This document shows, piece by piece, positions 38,351-49,839 of a stretch of 64,000 bases of DNA; position 1 is the first letter of the stretch, and each line of letters starts with the position of its first letter. The notes beneath the pieces were generated by a model, which was not told the DNA's origin, did not search any database, and was given only the letters and a program-made list of their open reading frames with translations. A program made the position numbers and the translations under genes. The stretch covers positions 53,072,001 to 53,136,000 of the forward strand of contig CM060731.1 in the NCBI GenBank assembly GCA_030704615.1, read 5' to 3'. Origin of the DNA: Takakia lepidozioides. Taxonomy: Eukaryota; Plantae; Bryophyta.

Positions 38351-40334
38351 TCCAGTACAAAGTCTACCGTCGTAGAAGAACAAGCCTCAAAGACTCATGA
38401 AAATTTCAGAAAGAACAAGACTTATACAAACATTTAACTAATAATACACATTAGCACCTAGCAAGAATTGAACACTGAGACACACTACCACTAGATAGAA
38501 ATTGAACACCAAACCTCACACATCCTCCAAACCTGGCCTGCTAGTATGTTTGGATTTTTTTTTTTTTTTCTCACTACACATATCTGCAACCTAGCCAGCG
38601 TGCATACTGCGCGCACATTGCCACGATAGCAACTATACCCCAAGCTCTCCATAGCACCGTGCCTCTAAATGACTACCTACTGCCAACGCATCGTAGCGAG
38701 ACAGCCTGTCCCAAACTTGCCGGCAAGGCCAAAGATAGCGAGGCACAAGGCTTGCACGATAGGGGTTCTTTTCTACTCCTCCGCTATCTTGGAAACTGGC
38801 CCGGGGCCGGTACAATGCATTTGACGGGCCATTTTGGCTTACACTGCAGGAGATGCTCCTAACCCCTTTAACATAACAAGGTTGTGGCCAGTGGTAAGCC
38901 ACCCGAGTATTGCCACCCAAGTAATGAAATCCAGTGGTAAGCAAAATGATCAATCATAACTCGGGTAAAATGATTACTTAATGGATAAATGATACTCAGG
39001 TAAATGATACTCAGGTAAATGATATTAATCTTACTCGGGTGAAATGATTTAATCATTTTAATTTATTTGAGTAAAATCCGGTTTTACTCGAGTAAGTAAA
39101 ATGATTGATCATTTGGATCTAGGTTTTAAATTTTTGTGCACGCACAATTTGTGGGTCGGATTAGGGTGTTACATACCCCAGGGCCAAGGTAAATTAAGGG
39201 TCCGGGTACTCAGATATACCTTACCCTCATTCGTCGCGTATAATTGGGGTACAATGGGGTAAAATAAGGGTAGGATATGTTGAGAATATGGGCATGTTTA
39301 ATCAACTCACAAAACACTGGAAGTTTAAATGAAAAATGAAGAATATACTTTTCATCTACATTTCAAAATCATCCAAATTTTGTGACATCATTTCGTCACA
39401 ATCCATATGGAATTCCTCTTCTAATTCATCTAGTAAGTCTTCTTCAAAATATTACATACAAAAGCCTCACATCCTACATGTGGGTCAACTAGCCAAATCA
39501 TTTTGCAGCATGGGCTAGGTCTGTTTAATAAAAAATTGGTGCAACACAATATGTAAACAAACAAATCATCTTGAACAGTACAATCTTGAATATCTGAAGG
39601 CCATGTGGTCCAATAGAAAAGAGCGCAGCTTCATTTGTCTTCAAAACACATTTGTATGTGATCGAATATGAAAAACGACGCATCTAATTTTTGTCTTAAG
39701 AATACAAAGGCCGGGCGGGCCAAGGTATATTGTGTAGACCGGAATATACCCGGCGGGTGTACCCATGTATGTGTTATACCCGCCCAACAGTGGTTCGAAC
39801 TTCAAACCCTGTCATCTATCTCTCTACCCTTGTATGGCTCCCATAGCTCAGAAAGAGGGTTTGTTTCACCTCTCAAGGCCCAATTGCTGGGGCTGGTGTT
39901 TCATTGGAAACAAAAATAAATTAAAATAATTATCAAAAAAACCCTTAACCTTATACATCAATTGCTATAGCTCTACACATCAGTGAGTGAGCAACTCCCA
40001 ATGTCTTGAAAGGAGGAGGGAGGTAGGAGGCATTAGGGTTTTGGGATGTGTCTAAACGGTTTTGGAGGGGGGATAACTGAATCACCTTGGTGTGAACCAG
40101 TGTTGGGCGGTTACCCGCCTGGGCCCCGGGTAACCGCCGGTTCCGGTCCCGGTTATGTGGAACCGGACCGGAACCGGACCCGCCTGTGCAGAACCGGAAC
40201 CGGAACCGGAACCGCTCATTGGGGATTGTGTGGGAACCGGAACCGGCGGTTCCAGCTACGACCACATGTGTGGGAACCGGCGGTTCCAGCTCCAAAGCGG
40301 TCCCGGTTCCGGTTCCGGTTCCGGTCCACCCGTG

Positions 40335-42385
40335 GGCTGTAGCCTTAAGTGTCTCTACTCTCTACGTCCCCAGAACGCGGCCTGAGCTCGGATTGGCCTC
40401 CGGCCCCTTCAGTGGGACGACCGTCTCGCAGGTTACGCACACTAGTGGGCCGTTGAAAGACGAGAGTATGGCGATTGCCAACTCCAGCACTCGGGAGGGC
40501 CAGCTGCAACCACTAGTCGCCCGCTCAGCATTGTTGCGGCGACGAAGAAGGCCGTTGTGGTGCTCAAAGGAACTTCGAATGTAGAAGGCGTTGTCAATTT
40601 GGTCCAAGAAGATGATGGTTATTTCTGAAGACCTCTCTGATTGTGGTTTTGCATGTTGTGAAGAAATGTAGATATAGCTGTCAGACGAAATGAAAATGAA
40701 GCATTATGATCTTTGTTATAGATGGGAGTGAAAGTGATCATGGTACTGTTTGTTTAGGGTTTGGAGATGTATTTAGCTCCAACGGGGCATGCGATTGAAG
40801 AACGGTTTTAGAACACAGAATTCGCTGGCCGTGGTTTCTGCTGAATTCTCCCTACTTAAAACTTGAGACATTCCCCAGCGTCTTTGCATGCTGGGACCAG
40901 AGTGCCTGACAATGGCAGTGTGCGACCACTTTATCCCTATCATATGATTAATGCATTCCAGACATCGAACAGAACTACCGTGAGAACACATTGCACGGGA
41001 ATCCCTGAACCACCACGGAGGAAGAATCTCTAAAGTTCGCATCTGCAGTAGGAGTAAGCGCTAGGGATTTGGATTCATATCCGCTAAGGCGAGAGGTCAG
41101 TTGAGGCCCTCCAAATTATACACAAGGAAATTTGTGTAGTTCTATTTCTGCACTCTGACTTTCGCCACTCTTTTCCAGACTATGTTGTTTGTTGTGCCTC
41201 AGTATGGCAATATTGGGACAAAGTCAGAGAGAGACAGTATCCTGTGGGGACTACACTTTAAGGAAAATTGCTTTTCGACCAAGTTTGAATAGGGAGGTGT
41301 GATTTTTGAGCAGGTCCCACAACGGTGAATGTGAAGATTACTGGCCTTGCACCTGGCAAGCATGGTTTTCACCTAGTAACCACTTTTGGCTTCAACTTTT
41401 TGCTTTTGCATCTTTATATCCGAGATTGGAACATGTATAAGTAATGCCACTCTTGAATGGCAGAGGCCTAGCTCTGGAGAAGCACACATTTTGGAACTTG
41501 TGATTAATTTTTATTATTTGTTGCTCAATCCACTTCAAGGTTTTGCAGAAATTTGGGAGGCTTCGCATTGTATGACTGCTGCGTTTCAGCTGGTCATGAA
41601 TTTATCTGCCATTGTGCTTTGGGACACCAAGGGCTTTCAACTCCTAGAAGTGTACTGATTGAGGGAGAGAGAAAAGGGATGACGGGCTTTCTAGTGGAGC
41701 AATTTTTCCGGGTGCTGGGGTGGGCTTTCCTTCCAGTTATGAGCAGCGTGGTATGATGGTTGCAGGTCTTTTTTCATCCAAATAGCCAGGGCAGGTGTTC
41801 CTCTTTTCGCTGTGTGTCAGGGAATCTTGAACAATGTTGACTGGCGAGAGGAGGTATGTGAGCAGCCATCCCCCCGTCTCTTCCATCCTCTCCTTCAGGG
41901 GCTCTCTCGTTCATAGTTTCTGGCTACTCCACGTGGCACTGCATTCTGGCTGTCTTCACTTGTTTATCTTGTACGTCCGTCATTTTCTAAGCAATTCCCT
42001 GTCATTTCTACCTACTTGTTCACCCTTCCCTGGCCATATTTCAGACCTGCTCTTACAAGGTTTGACAGTCATCATTGTCTTACTTTTTGCACTCTTACAG
42101 TGTCAGGCATGCTTATATTATGGACACTATCCTCTTCCACCTTCTGAAAGACCATGTCTCCAGACCCTTGTTGTTAAGCTTGACCTAACTTCACTACTGG
42201 AAAGCTTGCATTAAGCGAGTTGTCCAAGTGTGAGGTTGTGGTCTGTTGCCTGGGTTGGAGTTGTGAAATCGATGTGTATTGCTACCTGGAATATGTGTGG
42301 GTTTTAAGGTTACAGTTCAATGGTAGATTTTAATGATGTATTTGGGTTGAGTTGCTGCAGCACACCCACCAATGGATGCATGTCT
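40335..42385 (+). pseudogene. Captured plastid Cu/Zn superoxide dismutase (CSD2-like) exons 1-3 with introns, inside the hAT
   Basis: Transit-peptide-like segment, a frameshift, then [32 protein letters not shown]|GT (donor after 40617). Exon 41314-41375 reads GPTTVNVKITGLAPGKHGFHL. Degraded TNGCMS exon at 42361-42385. Confidence 0.92.
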
Positions 42386-42849
42386 TTGTTAACACAGTTC
42401 ACTTTTAGCCTCATAGTTTTGTATACTAGCATATGAAGGGTTAACCCATGGAATCATCACTCTTGTGACCTCCTATGCTACTTTATGCCTGCACCTGTGT
42501 TTGGAATGTGCCACCAGTTTGTATCTGTTAAATCCTCTATGCTATTAAAAATGTGCTAAATGCTAAGTGTGCTGTCGTGGCCTTCTCTAGGGCTTTTGCA
42601 ATTACCTTTAGTAGAGATTACAGAAAGTCAACCTGGTCTTGGTTGTCAGTGATTTAGTCATCCAGTCGTCTCCAAGTGCTGTTCAGTTACTGAAGAGGGC
42701 TTTTCAAAAGAGAATGATCTAAGCAATCGAGTGGATATCAATGCTGTAGCAAGTAGAGTTAGTGACGTTGGTAAGCATCCACCACTTTTGGTTATTTTAC
42801 TGTTTTTAGCTTTAGTTCACCATGAAGCTAATGAGCTTCTTTCTTTTCT

Positions 42850-44350
42850 TATGGCATGTGGTGCAAGAGGTAAGGAGGACGAGTAAAGAGGGCCCACCTG
42901 CAACCAGGCCCCTTGGTCCATGGTAATCATTGATCATCATTTTTATTTTTTTTTTTTTTTTTCCTGTTTTCTTTGATGATATACCAAGGGGCTGATAGCC
43001 CCTTGCTCCACTATGGTAGATTTTACATTGGAGGGAGCACAAGCAAAGAGGGGCCCGCCAACCAGCCCACATTACCCACTGGTAAGTATCTTCCCTTTCT
43101 TTAAAATTTTTTAATTCTTGATACAATTGGGGGTTGATAAGATAGCCCATTTGGCTTCTGTTATAGCAGATTCTGCATGAGAGGGAGGGAGCCCAAAGTA
43201 GGGATGGACCTGCCAACCAGCCACCATTACCCGCTTGTAACTCCCTTTCATTGAGCTTTATTTTTTTAGTTGTTTAAATTTTTATTAAAAGAGGGGCTGA
43301 TTAGCCCATTGCTCTTGTGCTACGGCTGATCGTGCATGGGAGGGAAATGAGGGCAAGTAGGAAGGCTGGCCAACCAGCCCCTCTTGCACCTCACATGTAA
43401 GCATCCCCCTTCATTTTTTTTCCCCATAAAATTGGTATAGCAAGGGCTGATTAGCCGTTGCTAATGCAGATCACACACAAGAAGGACGTTCAGTGCAAGT
43501 AAAAAAGCACGTCAACCAGCCCCATCTCATCTTGTAGTAAGCCCCCACCCTTTATTTTAGTTTTTTAATGTTATTCTTTCCAATGTGTGGTACAACAAAA
43601 GGCTGATTCGCCCTTCCTCATAGTGATATGTTGCACTCGGGAAGGGAGCAGAAATAGGAGGTCTCTTGACCCGCCAACCAGCCCCCATTACCTGCGTGTA
43701 CTTCCCCTTCATTGTTCTTTATTTTCTTAATTATTTTAAGTTTGTGATATAAGAGGAGCTGATTAGCCCCTTGCTCTTTTGCTATTGTAGATCGTGCATG
43801 GGAGGGAAAGAGGGCAAGTAGGGAGGCCTGCCAACCAGCCCCCATTCCACCACACATGTAAGCATGCCCCTAATTCAATGTTGCATATTTTTTTTTTCCC
43901 AGAAAATTGGCATAGCAAGGGGCTGATCAGCCCCCTACTCTGTTGCTATGTAGATCACACACAAGAAGGAGGAGTGCGAGTTTAGAGCCCGCTAACCAGC
44001 CCCCTCATCCTATGGTAAGCCCCCACCCTTTAATAGCTTAGTTTTTTATTTTATTTTTTCCAATGTGTGGTACAACAGAGGGATGATTTGCTCCTTCTCT
44101 CATAGTGAAAGTTTGAACTCGGAAAGGGGAGCACAAATATCAAGAAGGCTTGACAGCCAGCCCCTACCTCTTGTGGACAATCACCCCACTTTAAAGCTTC
44201 ATAATTTTTAGTTATAACTCTTCATGTTGTGGTACAACAAGGACTGATTTATTTATATGTGGTGGGGGCATTGCAGATCATCTCCCAAGGCATGAAGTAG
44301 CCAAGCCGACCACTGAAGCATAAGACTGGTCCACCCCCAACTTGCTAGGT
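42850..44350 (+). repeat. ~155-bp tandem array (about 10 units) with splice-signal architecture, inside the hAT
   Basis: Unit: GGGCTGATTAGCCC, pyrimidine tract, YAG, a 61-68-nt purine-rich core ending CAACCAGCCC.., GTAAG, T-rich spacer. A 3-unit higher-order duplication pairs 43290-43755 with 43755-44240. Confidence 0.85.
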
Positions 44351-44592
44351 AATTTTTGTAATTTGAAAATGTAAATGTACATGTACTAGATAAAAAAAAT
44401 AACGTAGATCTAAATGTAGGCCATGTATGTAACATTCAGCTCAATATGACATAATAAATTGAGCAGTGCGGTGTCTCTCCCCACACTTTCGTTTTGGCCA
44501 GCCATATACCATCCCAAACTTTTGTAAATATATGAGTTTTGCACAATTATTAAATGCCTTTTGGATTCTTTGTTTGCATTGTTTTTACACAG

Positions 44593-46965
44593 GAGTTGTT
44601 CCACAAGCTTTTTATGTCATGGAGCCCAATATTTTCGATGAACTAGAAAGAGAAGTTGTTCCTGACAGCAATGTTGATAATGAGAGAGCTTTGGTGGAGT
44701 GCCATGTTGCGGAGGATGCTCATCATGAAGCCTCATTTACATCAGCTCATCAAGCCTCGGCTGCAATGTCATCTTCCACAGTTTCGCCATCACACGGTGT
44801 TGGATGTTGAGGCGCAGCTCCTAGTACTTGAAAAACAACGGGATTTTTGGAAGCCCCACAATCGCACTGCTTCGACATGGGCATTCTATGCAACAAAAGA
44901 CTCTACTCCAGTGGACATAACAAATCCACAACAAATGAGGTGTGTTCTATGTCATCCTGTTGGTGTCACTCCTGCAAGCAAGAAGGGCATTGTGACCTAT
45001 AATAAAACCAATGGTATCTTTGCCCTTCGAAAGCATGTGGATCAAGAACATGACATTGTTTTGCGTAGGTGGATTGAGAGGGAAAATGAAGGACCTAAGA
45101 AGGCCCGTAAGCCAGCAAAAAAGAGGCCCGGCCCCACTCCTGGAAACATAGTTTTTTTTTTTGGGAGCTCCACTCCATACAACCAAAATGATGATCAACA
45201 GAAGCAGTTCAATGAGGATTTAGTCTTATTCATTGCAAAGGAGTTGGTTCCACTGTCTTTGGTAGAATCCCCTTGGCTAAGAAGGATGGTGTTGAGGCAA
45301 AATCCTCGGATTGTTTTCCCTTATCGACGGACATTTGTGAATGAGGTCATTCCAATCTTGGCAGAGAAGACGAAAGAGCGCTACATGTCCCCATCTCTTC
45401 AGAGTTGTGCTACTTGCTCCGTGAGTTTTGATTTGTGGATGTCAAGAGGGGGAACTGACACTTTTGTCATCATAGCGCACTTTATTAATGAACAGTGGGA
45501 GCAATGTCATGTGACTCTTGGCATGTTTGAGACACCTGACACATCTGGGGCTGCCATGGCACATCAAATCAACAATCTTCTTGTGAAGTATGGCCTCAAT
45601 ACTCGCATTATTGCTTACGTCAAAGATGAGGGAGGTAACTTGTCTACTTTGACCAATGCTTTGAATTCGGTGGTCTCATGTGCGTGTTTGGGGTTGGATT
45701 CTCCATTTGTGGGTAGCTGTTTTGGGCATGCAATGTCCAATTGTTGCCAGTATGCAACAAATGATGCAAAAGTATGCACAGATATGAGATCGGTTTCTAT
45801 AAAAAATGCCCAATCAGAGTTGCAAAAAACCATTACTTGGACCAAAAAAAGTGGCAAAGGGAGACAAGAATGGGCAAAGGCATGTGTGGACAGCGGCATT
45901 CATCCCCGCAAACTGAAGACTCCGGTGAAGACACGGTTTGCTTCCAAGGTGATCCTCTTCCAAGAGACTTTGGAGTTTAGGCAAGTCATAATCACTTGTT
46001 ACTTTAGGCAAACCTCATTGGCACTGCAGTCTCGCATACCAAGTCCACAAGTGTGGGCCATTGCCCAATCAATTTCTACAGTTCTAGGGCCTGTGGTTCA
46101 TGAGTGCATTATGAATCAATCTGGGGGATTTTGGTTGTTGTCCGATGCTCTTAATGCAGCCATTGCCACAACAATTCGCATGCGAGGAAGTAGTGCTGGG
46201 GGGGTTGCAACTGTGGATCATTGCATGGGGGATTTCTCAACAGAGTTGACATTGTTGGAATGGCGGATGGCTCGAGAGGTGGTATATGTCTTGGAACCAT
46301 TTATTTCTTTTTTGGAAGGGTTTCAATCGCGCAAAGCTCACAATATGCTCGCGCTTAGGCTTGACCCACGTTATAAGGGGTTGTCATTGGTATCACAATA
46401 TGTGGGCAAAGAGCGTGCTTTGCATATTGTGTCCCAATATGATAGTATGGTGTTAGAGCCTCTTTTGGTAAAGTGTTTCAAGGTCTTACATCCGGATACT
46501 CCGGCCCAATCACAGCCCACTTCTACAATGGATGAGATGTCCTTATTTGGTGTGCATGACCACAATGAAGACATGACATTGACAGTGGTGAGAGAACAAC
46601 TATCACATTTCAGAAGGACGAAGATAAATGAGGGTGAGTGCGTGGCTCCTTTGAAATGGTGGAAAAAATACGAGTCTCTCTTTCCGTATGTGGGATTTTT
46701 GGCACGGCTAATTTTGGGCATAGTTGGATTTCAGATTGAAGCTGAGAGGGTTTTTAGTATTGCAGGTGTCATAACAAACTTGAGACGGTGCAGGTTAAAT
46801 ATTGAAAACCTTGATATGCTTGTGAGTGTAGTCAAGAATTGGCCAAATGATGCTAGAGTTGGTTGCTTTAGTACTTCCATGAAAGAGTTTTTGGATAGGG
46901 AAGAAGTCCTCCTAGATGAGAATGAGGACTTGATTGCAGAGGCAAACCTCTTTGAGGTAGACTGA
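44593..46965 (+). CDS. hAT transposase (BED-like zinc finger, DDE, C-terminal dimerisation domain); N-terminal extension frameshifted near 44790
   Basis: 769-codon open frame: CVLC..HVDQEH, SFDLW, YVKDEG, CFGH, KTRF, LDPRYK, PLKWWK..LARLILGI..EAERVFS. Splice acceptor at 44592. Confidence 0.9.
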
Positions 46966-47706
46966 TTTGTCTTAGAGACAAATTATTGTTCAACATATTA
47001 TACTATACTCCTTTGATTGGAGTTTGTTTATTTGTCATTTTTATTGAAAATTTCAGTGACATCCCGTGTACTTAGTTTGTTGTATGCTATATTGACAAAG
47101 CATCATCCAAAAAACACAAATTTATGTAGTTGTTTTTAGTTGTGCTTTTGCTGCACCATAAAAGGTAACCATAGAATTACACATGTTTAATTTGTTTTGT
47201 ATTTTGAATTAAAGATCCTTATGTAGTTAGTTTGTTTTAGTTGTTCTTTGCTACACCGTACGACAACTTATAAAATCTCTGGTTTTCCGTTTTTAATGGA
47301 GACCATGCGTATATAACTAGTTATATATACCATAAAAGACAATCACAAAAAACATATAAGTTTATTGACTTCTGTTTTACTAATAAATTCCCTGGTTTTA
47401 GTTGAAAATTCTCAGTATGACCAATCAGATCAGTTCATCTAATTTTCCAGAAGAATAAAAAATTAAAAGAATTTAATATATTTTTAAAAATGAACCGGAA
47501 CCTAACCGGAACCGGTGTTTTTTTTCCAGCAACTAACCGGTAACCGGAACCGCCCCCATGTTAAAAAGTCGGAACCTGAACCGGACCGGAACCGCCTTAA
47601 TAAAAAATAACCGGATCCGGATCCGGAACCGCCTCTTCAAAAATTTGTGGAACCGGAACCGAAGGTTCCTTCACAAAGGCAAGAACCGCCCAACACTGGT
47701 GTGAAC

Positions 47707-48290
47707 CAATGTTGGTATGGTATATAGGGCTCACCCCTGAAAAGGGGCAATATCTGCAAGGCAAACTGGCTCTTAGTTACGCCGGCTTCGGCCAGAGTCT
47801 TCTCTCTCTCTTTGGTCTGGTATTAGGTTTAGGACATACCAAACTAGTCTGGTACTAGACTTGGTGTTGGTCTGGTCTATATAATGGTAGCTATATATTT
47901 TTCCAATATCATGATCACAATACCAGCTGGTATGGGATATCAATTCTGGTATCATTCCAGCCATGAATAACAAGATTATCAAATAACAAACTGTTTATCA
48001 ATAGCAAGTATCAAGTGAAAACAATTACAATAATATAATGAAATAAACATGATACATAAGTATGTAAGCATATGTACACATAAATTAGTGTTGTACACAT
48101 ACCAAAGTAAATGAGGAAAAATCAAAGAGGAAGATGGCTTGGGAGTACTGGTATTGTGGCTGGACGGATGAGAAAATTGATACTAGCCTGGTGGTATATG
48201 ACCAAGTATTCTCCCGAATGATACCAGACTGGTCTGGTATTCAATACTAGTATACACACAGTCGTTCACATGTATACCAGTCCAACACTG
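47707..48290. mobile_element. hAT-family MITE (584 bp) directly adjacent to the large hAT
   Basis: TIRs CAATGTTGGTATGGTATA / TATACCAGTCCAACACTG; flanked by GTGTGAAC (47699-47706) and GTGTGAAT (48291-48298); internal TACCAG/CTGGTA repeats. Confidence 0.88.
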
Positions 48291-49220
48291 GTGTGAATAG
48301 GGTTAAGTCGAATGGGTGGGTTCAAGCTGACAAGTGTTAACCTTTATACCCCCTCTGCGAATAAGGTACTTTACCCTGACATACCCCCCTATACTATCCA
48401 ATATCATGTGGGTACTATATGTACAACCCAGCGGGTATATTAGACAATATTGGAACATTTTCAAGAGGCAAAATAAAATGTAATGTAAATTAATGTGATT
48501 CAATTCAGTTTATTATTTCTCTTAAGATCATTTCTGAGTCCATCTATTGTGGGATGAATGCAATGCTTTCTCAACAATTGCCTCCAAGGGGGCTAACTTA
48601 TCCTACTACTGTTCTGGGTGTAGTGACAAAATTCAAAATTCTAAGTATAATGTGTTCACATCCGCAGCAGTTCCTGTGAACTGGCACCGGACATATCATG
48701 CAAAATCAAAGGTCTCTCTACTTACGTAGATTTACATCCAATCCGATCCTGGTCATCTTTGCTGCAGCACTGCAGTGGGAAACCGAGGGTAATAGTCACA
48801 TGTACAATGATACTCAGACAAATCATACCAAATTTTGGTGAAAGGGGTTTATTAAACAATCGTACAAATTTACAAATATTTTTGGTAGTCAAACATATGT
48901 ACGAATTCGTTGTGCTTTGATCGCCCACTACACAGCCAACAGTTCACTAATCAACCAAGCAAAGCTTCGATGACCTTCAAAATGCTTTCATGGACGAGCG
49001 AAACACCTTCCCATCTTCGAAGGAAAGATCCTGCACATCTACCCTGCTCGCAAGCCGTGTGACATCACATTTTCGGCCAGCACTACAAGGCTGCGTGCCA
49101 AACACAGCATGCTTCTCCTGAGTGTCGACGATTGAGCTTAGTGCTTGACAATTTAAACAGAATCTATGTGTGACCCGTGAGTTTAGCCTTGGCCTTGGCA
49201 ATCAACCCTCCTGCTGAGCT

Positions 49221-49720
49221 NNNNNNNNNNNNNNNNNNNNNNNNNNNNNNNNNNNNNNNNNNNNNNNNNNNNNNNNNNNNNNNNNNNNNNNNNNNNNNNN
49301 NNNNNNNNNNNNNNNNNNNNNNNNNNNNNNNNNNNNNNNNNNNNNNNNNNNNNNNNNNNNNNNNNNNNNNNNNNNNNNNNNNNNNNNNNNNNNNNNNNNN
49401 NNNNNNNNNNNNNNNNNNNNNNNNNNNNNNNNNNNNNNNNNNNNNNNNNNNNNNNNNNNNNNNNNNNNNNNNNNNNNNNNNNNNNNNNNNNNNNNNNNNN
49501 NNNNNNNNNNNNNNNNNNNNNNNNNNNNNNNNNNNNNNNNNNNNNNNNNNNNNNNNNNNNNNNNNNNNNNNNNNNNNNNNNNNNNNNNNNNNNNNNNNNN
49601 NNNNNNNNNNNNNNNNNNNNNNNNNNNNNNNNNNNNNNNNNNNNNNNNNNNNNNNNNNNNNNNNNNNNNNNNNNNNNNNNNNNNNNNNNNNNNNNNNNNN
49701 NNNNNNNNNNNNNNNNNNNN
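49221..49720. other. Assembly gap (500 N)
   Basis: Run of N. Confidence 1.
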
Positions 49721-49839
49721 TTCGTGGATAGCCATTACGTCCTGGTAGGGTGCGGCTGTGGTTCAGCGTAGGCTTAAGAGTATTAGGGTATGTATGCTTG
49801 CATTTGTTTGAGAGGGAGGTCATGGAGGTGTTTGTGCAG

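Larger units (their letters stand above)
40098..47698 (+). mobile_element. Complete hAT DNA transposon (7601 bp)
   Basis: Perfect 15-bp TIR CAGTGTTGGGCGGTT / AACCGCCCAACACTG; 8-bp TSD GTGTGAAC at 40090-40097 and 47699-47706; GGAACC/GGTTCC subterminal arrays at both ends; transposase ORF. Confidence 0.97.

Noticed and set aside
38555-38900. Minus-strand LINE 3' end with poly-A
   Set aside because: A T-run is present, but the peptide similarity is too weak to support a call.
39951-40385. Arg-Phe, Pro-Glu and Gly-Thr repeat ORFs
   Set aside because: Translations of the GGAACC subterminal repeats of the hAT.
42850-44350. CRISPR-like repeat-spacer array
   Set aside because: Eukaryotic context, whole units are homologous (no unique spacers), and there are no cas genes.
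48926-48940. CACTACAC as the 5' TIR of the TnpA-FCP1 CACTA
   Set aside because: Diverges from CACTACAACATATG after 7 nt, has no subterminal repeats, and its flank does not match the AGA after 55048.
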